From Lytechinus pictus (lineage: Eukaryota), in contig NC_087251.1 in NCBI RefSeq assembly GCF_037042905.1, positions 4,900,001 to 4,964,000 on the forward strand: a stretch of 64,000 nt of DNA. Reading direction: 5' to 3'. The notes beneath the pieces were generated by a model. It had not been told where the DNA came from. It made no database searches and saw only the letters and a list, made by a program, of their open reading frames with translations. Positions 59,610-64,000 of this stretch are shown in pieces. The position numbers and the translations under genes were made by a program. Each line of letters begins with the position of its first letter. The first letter of the stretch is position 1.

Positions 59610-62600
59610 CGTTGAACTTCTATAAGTTCATATTGCACTGTCTCTTTCCGAGATTTCCCTCATATTTTTGGAAAACTAAGTTTTAAAAAATATAATATAT
59701 CATGTATTTATCAGTTGATTTGGGCGGTATTTTCTTGACTTGAAGAAGAGCATATAGCTTTTAGAAGAAGTTTATGTCTTTCGGTGTATGCCAAGTTGAT
59801 GCACTTGAAAGGAGGGTGTGGTTAGGTAGGTGTGGTGTTTGTGGGTGTGTATAAACGGATTATGTGGGTGTATATATTTAGGTGTGGCGGGAAGATGTAG
59901 GTATGTGCGGGGTGCTTTTGTATGTGAGAGTGGAGAGTGCGTGGACATATTCATCTCTGATAACTTTTTTTTTTTTTTAGATTTACTCATTTCAAAATTA
60001 CGTTTATCTTTCTTTATTTCCCTAGGTCTTGCACCACCAAATCATCTCTTTTCCCCATTTCTTATTTAATTTCTCTCTCTCTCTCTCTCTCTCTCTCTTT
60101 ATACACTTTTCTCCCCTTTTCCTCTGCCTTGCTTCAAGTTTATCTGTTGGTAGCTGTCAATCTTATAGATTTGCGTGACCAGGTAATGGAAGAATCTCCG
60201 CTCGTCTTCGCCAGCCCGTTCGCTATCTCGCCTTGGAACGGGATCTTAATCAAACATACGATCAGCCTGCCGCTCTACTAGTATCGATCTATCTACCCAT
60301 AATATTATTGCATCCACGGCTAAAGAAGAAATAAAGAATTCCCTCTTTTCGACATTTTTTCCAAGGAATTTCTTCCACTTTATTTCTATCTCGTCTAGAG
60401 ATTTGGTTGCATAATTTGGCATGCGAGAGAATTAATTGACGTTAGTTGATGAGGACGAAGAAGAGGGTGATGGAGATTGTAATTCTGAGACGTGTCTTGA
60501 CCAAAAAGGCCAAAATAAGAAAAGATGGACTCCAGAGCATGATCTCACGCCTGCAGCCATTATCATTATTAGCTCTAAAATCAATAGAATAAGGTTAATG
60601 AGGTCCGACGTCATAATATTCGTTCTATTTTACTTCCTACAGCACTGGATTCAAAAGTTTAAAAAGTGTAGCAATCACATCATTGCGGTACTTTGAATGT
60701 TGCAATAAGTAGATGAAATGTCTGAATAAGTATTAGATTTGCCATTCTTTATATTTGATGGACATGCGTCGGTATGGAAATAATTAAATAACCACTTCAA
60801 CATCCCCGGGATTTTTAGACAACCGATAAAGTTTGCTGATACCAAAAGTATAGGCAATGTAAGTACTTGATAAATGGTATTTTAGATGAAATATCAAATA
60901 CAAAATAACGCCTGACTTTACATTGTAAAAATGTTCTTTAATTTTTTTTAGCAAGTTGTTTGAGCCTGTTACTTTCAACATTTTTTGAAAGTTTTGAACA
61001 AGTTGTTTAAATGTTAAAAGCAAGTCGTTCAACGTTTAAAACAGGCTGTTTAAAAAGTTTTTAAAAATTTGAAAAGTTTGAACACTTTCAACAAAATTTT
61101 AACAACTCGTTGACATGACATTTTAACATAATTTTTACAGTGTTATAGTTACTGTTAATTGTGCGTGCTCAATTTTTTTGGGGGTTAGATCATATCTTGA
61201 AACGGTATCATAAGGGTGACATGCAATTCGATTATCATTATGAATTTAACGATTAAAATGTAGTTTATACTTTGACGGGAATTTCGGATTATCATTCAAA
61301 TGCTGAAGTGTTTTATAATGTGAGTATCTCAATACTACCGAAGAGTCATGGTATGATGTAATTTATCTATTTCACTCTATTAAGCTTCCCCTAAACTTAG
61401 GTAAAGAGAGAACATCCATGTTTATTGGGTAGAATAAAATAAAATGCTGTGTTAATTTCATACAGTGTTGTGTGATTAGGTCGAAATATTATTCATGTGA
61501 AGAATATAATTATTCTGAACCATTTTTAACAGTATTAACAAGAATAGTGGGATCGTTTAACATAGCACCACTGATGTTTCACGATGATTCTTACCCCAGC
61601 TTTAGCATAGCTACCAAAGAGGTGCTTTACCATTTCAAGGAAGAGCATTGCAGCGGGGTTCGAAACGTGAACCTTGTGATCTATAGTCCAGAGACATATT
61701 GTCAATGTCAATGCTATACTACACTGAGTGAAGTGTCAGAATATGGAACTAAAAGTAAAGGAATAGGAAGTTGATACTGAGGAAAGTCTGAAGAATAGAA
61801 ACGAAGACGGTACAAGATGGAACAGTGACAGGAATAGCATACCAACATGTGACAACATTTTTAAGGGCACCAAGTCAAGGGCAGACGTAGAATTCGACAC
61901 CAGGTATCGATCTAATACCAACCAGCTAACTCTCTGACATTTGAAGTTAACCCATCTTTATTATGAAACCAATAGTCGCAGTGGAATATTCAAGAGGGGT
62001 CCTTTTTTACACAGAATTGAGATCAGTTTTCTTTCCCTACCATACCACCAATCATCTTCATACAACCATCACCTACCGGATCTCGCTTGCTCTTTTACAT
62101 TTTCTTTTCCCATATGTTTGTGCATCGACCAGATGTCCATGTATTGATCTTTTTTTCTGTTCTTGTTAGAAAGAAGAGAGACATAAAAAGAAGAGATAGT
62201 GCGCTTTCCTTCCGTTTTTCCCAGCGATAAATTTGCCAAATTCATCGATAAAACCCAGGTCTGACTTTGGCGGTGATGAAGGAAGGCAAACTGTTCCTCC
62301 GTGCTATGGCTACAGCTGATGAGGCCGAGAGCGCCCCCGAAGACCCCGGCTATTTCGATGAGAGAAGTTGTCTGTTTACTTTTGAAGACAATCCAGAGCT
62401 AGCACCATGGTTATTAGATTAGTTGGCTGCTCGTAATATCAGCCAGATAGCAATGTCGTGGTAATCGTGCGCCTAGGGTATTAAGGGAGGAGAGAAATAG
62501 GGAGATGGAGAGAGGTAGACATAACGACGGGACGACATCCTCATGGATGAAAATGATGAGGGAGATTAGAATAGGGCGGAGGAGGATGGGGATGAGCATG

Positions 62601-64000
62601 ATTAAAGAGATGGAATCTAGGGAAGACAGACGGGAAGGATTTGGGTCGCTCTGATAGGAACGTGACCATAATCTTAATTTCTTCTTTTATTACTCTTTGT
62701 TTCTTCTTTCGCCCCTCGTCGTTGTATAAAGCTCGAAAGAAGTTATCCGGAACACGAGTGAAATCCCCCAGTTTTGATTGGCAGGACCATCGTAAAGATG
62801 AATGTATGACATAAATGCTTTATTCATAATCAATTCGTGTCCCAAACTTTTAAAACAATTCCAAAAATAAAAAGTGGTCGTTTTATTGACCGTTAAATCA
62901 TTAGATTATTCTTGGTCAGGGCAGATTGATTTTCTTACATCTCTTTTCTATGATTAATTAAATTTTCCCATTCATGAAGTTTATCATGGAAGATCACTTC
63001 CTAATTCGTTTCGATGTTTTCTCTTGCTGAAATATTATGGCGAAATGTAATCAATACGAAATATTACAAAGTTGGAAAGTTTACTTTTTCGTATTAAAAC
63101 CAACATCACTGCATAATTTCCTCGCATGAATAAAATGTTTATCTTTTGTTATTGATAATTGAGGAATAATTATGAATTGAACAAATTAATGGAAAATGAA
63201 TTGTGATTTCAACTTTTAAAATAATGAACAATACGATATATAACAAGTTTACATCATGAAACAAAAACATGAAGAAATCCACCCATACACACCCTTACAC
63301 ACCCTACCCACATTCTGCCAGCATCTGTCTGATATTCTTAAAATAATGCTACCGCCCTCTTTTAGCAGACGATCCCATGGGATAACTTCCATCCACGATT
63401 CGATTACTGATAAATGAAAGCATTTCTTTTACACTGGAATAACTCACTTTTCCGACATTTTCATTCAAAAAAATCGTCTAAATATTGACTTATAGCTGAT
63501 AGATCTCGTTCTATCCGTTGATTACCTGCTTGACTAGATAAGTGAGGTCATTATTAGGGATGATATTCGCTATTATGATAAAAATGACTAAACCACAATA
63601 ATGAGAGAAGAGGAAAGGTTCTCTATTGTCTATACCGCGATGAATACCTCTCACAATGAATGCGAGCCAGTGAACATATTCAAAAGGACTTTTTCAAATT
63701 TTAACAAGTTTTGATGCTTTTAACAGCCATTTGTCTGTTATTCCGGCCATTGAGCAGCTAAAATGGAGAAATGTAAAGGAACAATAATAAGAGAACGTGA
63801 ACGCCACTTGTTTCACAGCACCGCGCCTTTTATCAGAAGAAGTGAGAGTATAGGATATTCTGGTTGAAATCTCTAGCGGTATAGGTATACCAAGATCGTC
63901 AGAGCACCCCTAGCTGGCAGCAGGCAGGCAGGTTGGCATGAACGCCACAGACAGACGATCGGTTGCATTGGGGCAAATCAGGCAGAAGACGAAGGAAAGT

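Noticed and set aside
59265..59686. Poly-Ile, poly-Tyr and poly-Asn ORFs
   Set aside because: Microsatellite artefacts.
61472..61774. 100-aa ORF
   Set aside because: No homology recognised; partly overlaps a SINE-like fragment; non-ATG start.

Overview
AT-rich, repeat-dense animal genomic DNA; the repeat landscape suggests an echinoderm, probably a sea urchin (inference). One spliced protein-coding gene lies on the + strand. Ten phase-compatible GT-AG exons between 6659 and 39739 give about 644 aa from the ATG at 6687. The protein has a long low-complexity N-terminus and a C-terminal coiled coil recognisable as MIPOL1 (mirror-image polydactyly 1), a member of the deuterostome Nkx2.1-Nkx2.2-Pax1/9-Slc25a21-Mipol1-FoxA cluster. 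Introns and flanks hold many non-autonomous transposons. These include an ~8.7 kb foldback-type element with ~1.9 kb near-identical inverted arms, a CA..TG family with 7-bp TSDs, nested Helentron-type (HINE) elements carrying ten perfect DR1 motifs, TTAA/TA/3-bp/8-bp/9-bp-TSD MITEs, LINE remnants, and a short SINE with a 7SL/Alu-like head. The last ~24 kb has no recognisable gene. Almost all ORFs in the supplied track are spurious. All homology calls are from memory, not from database searches.
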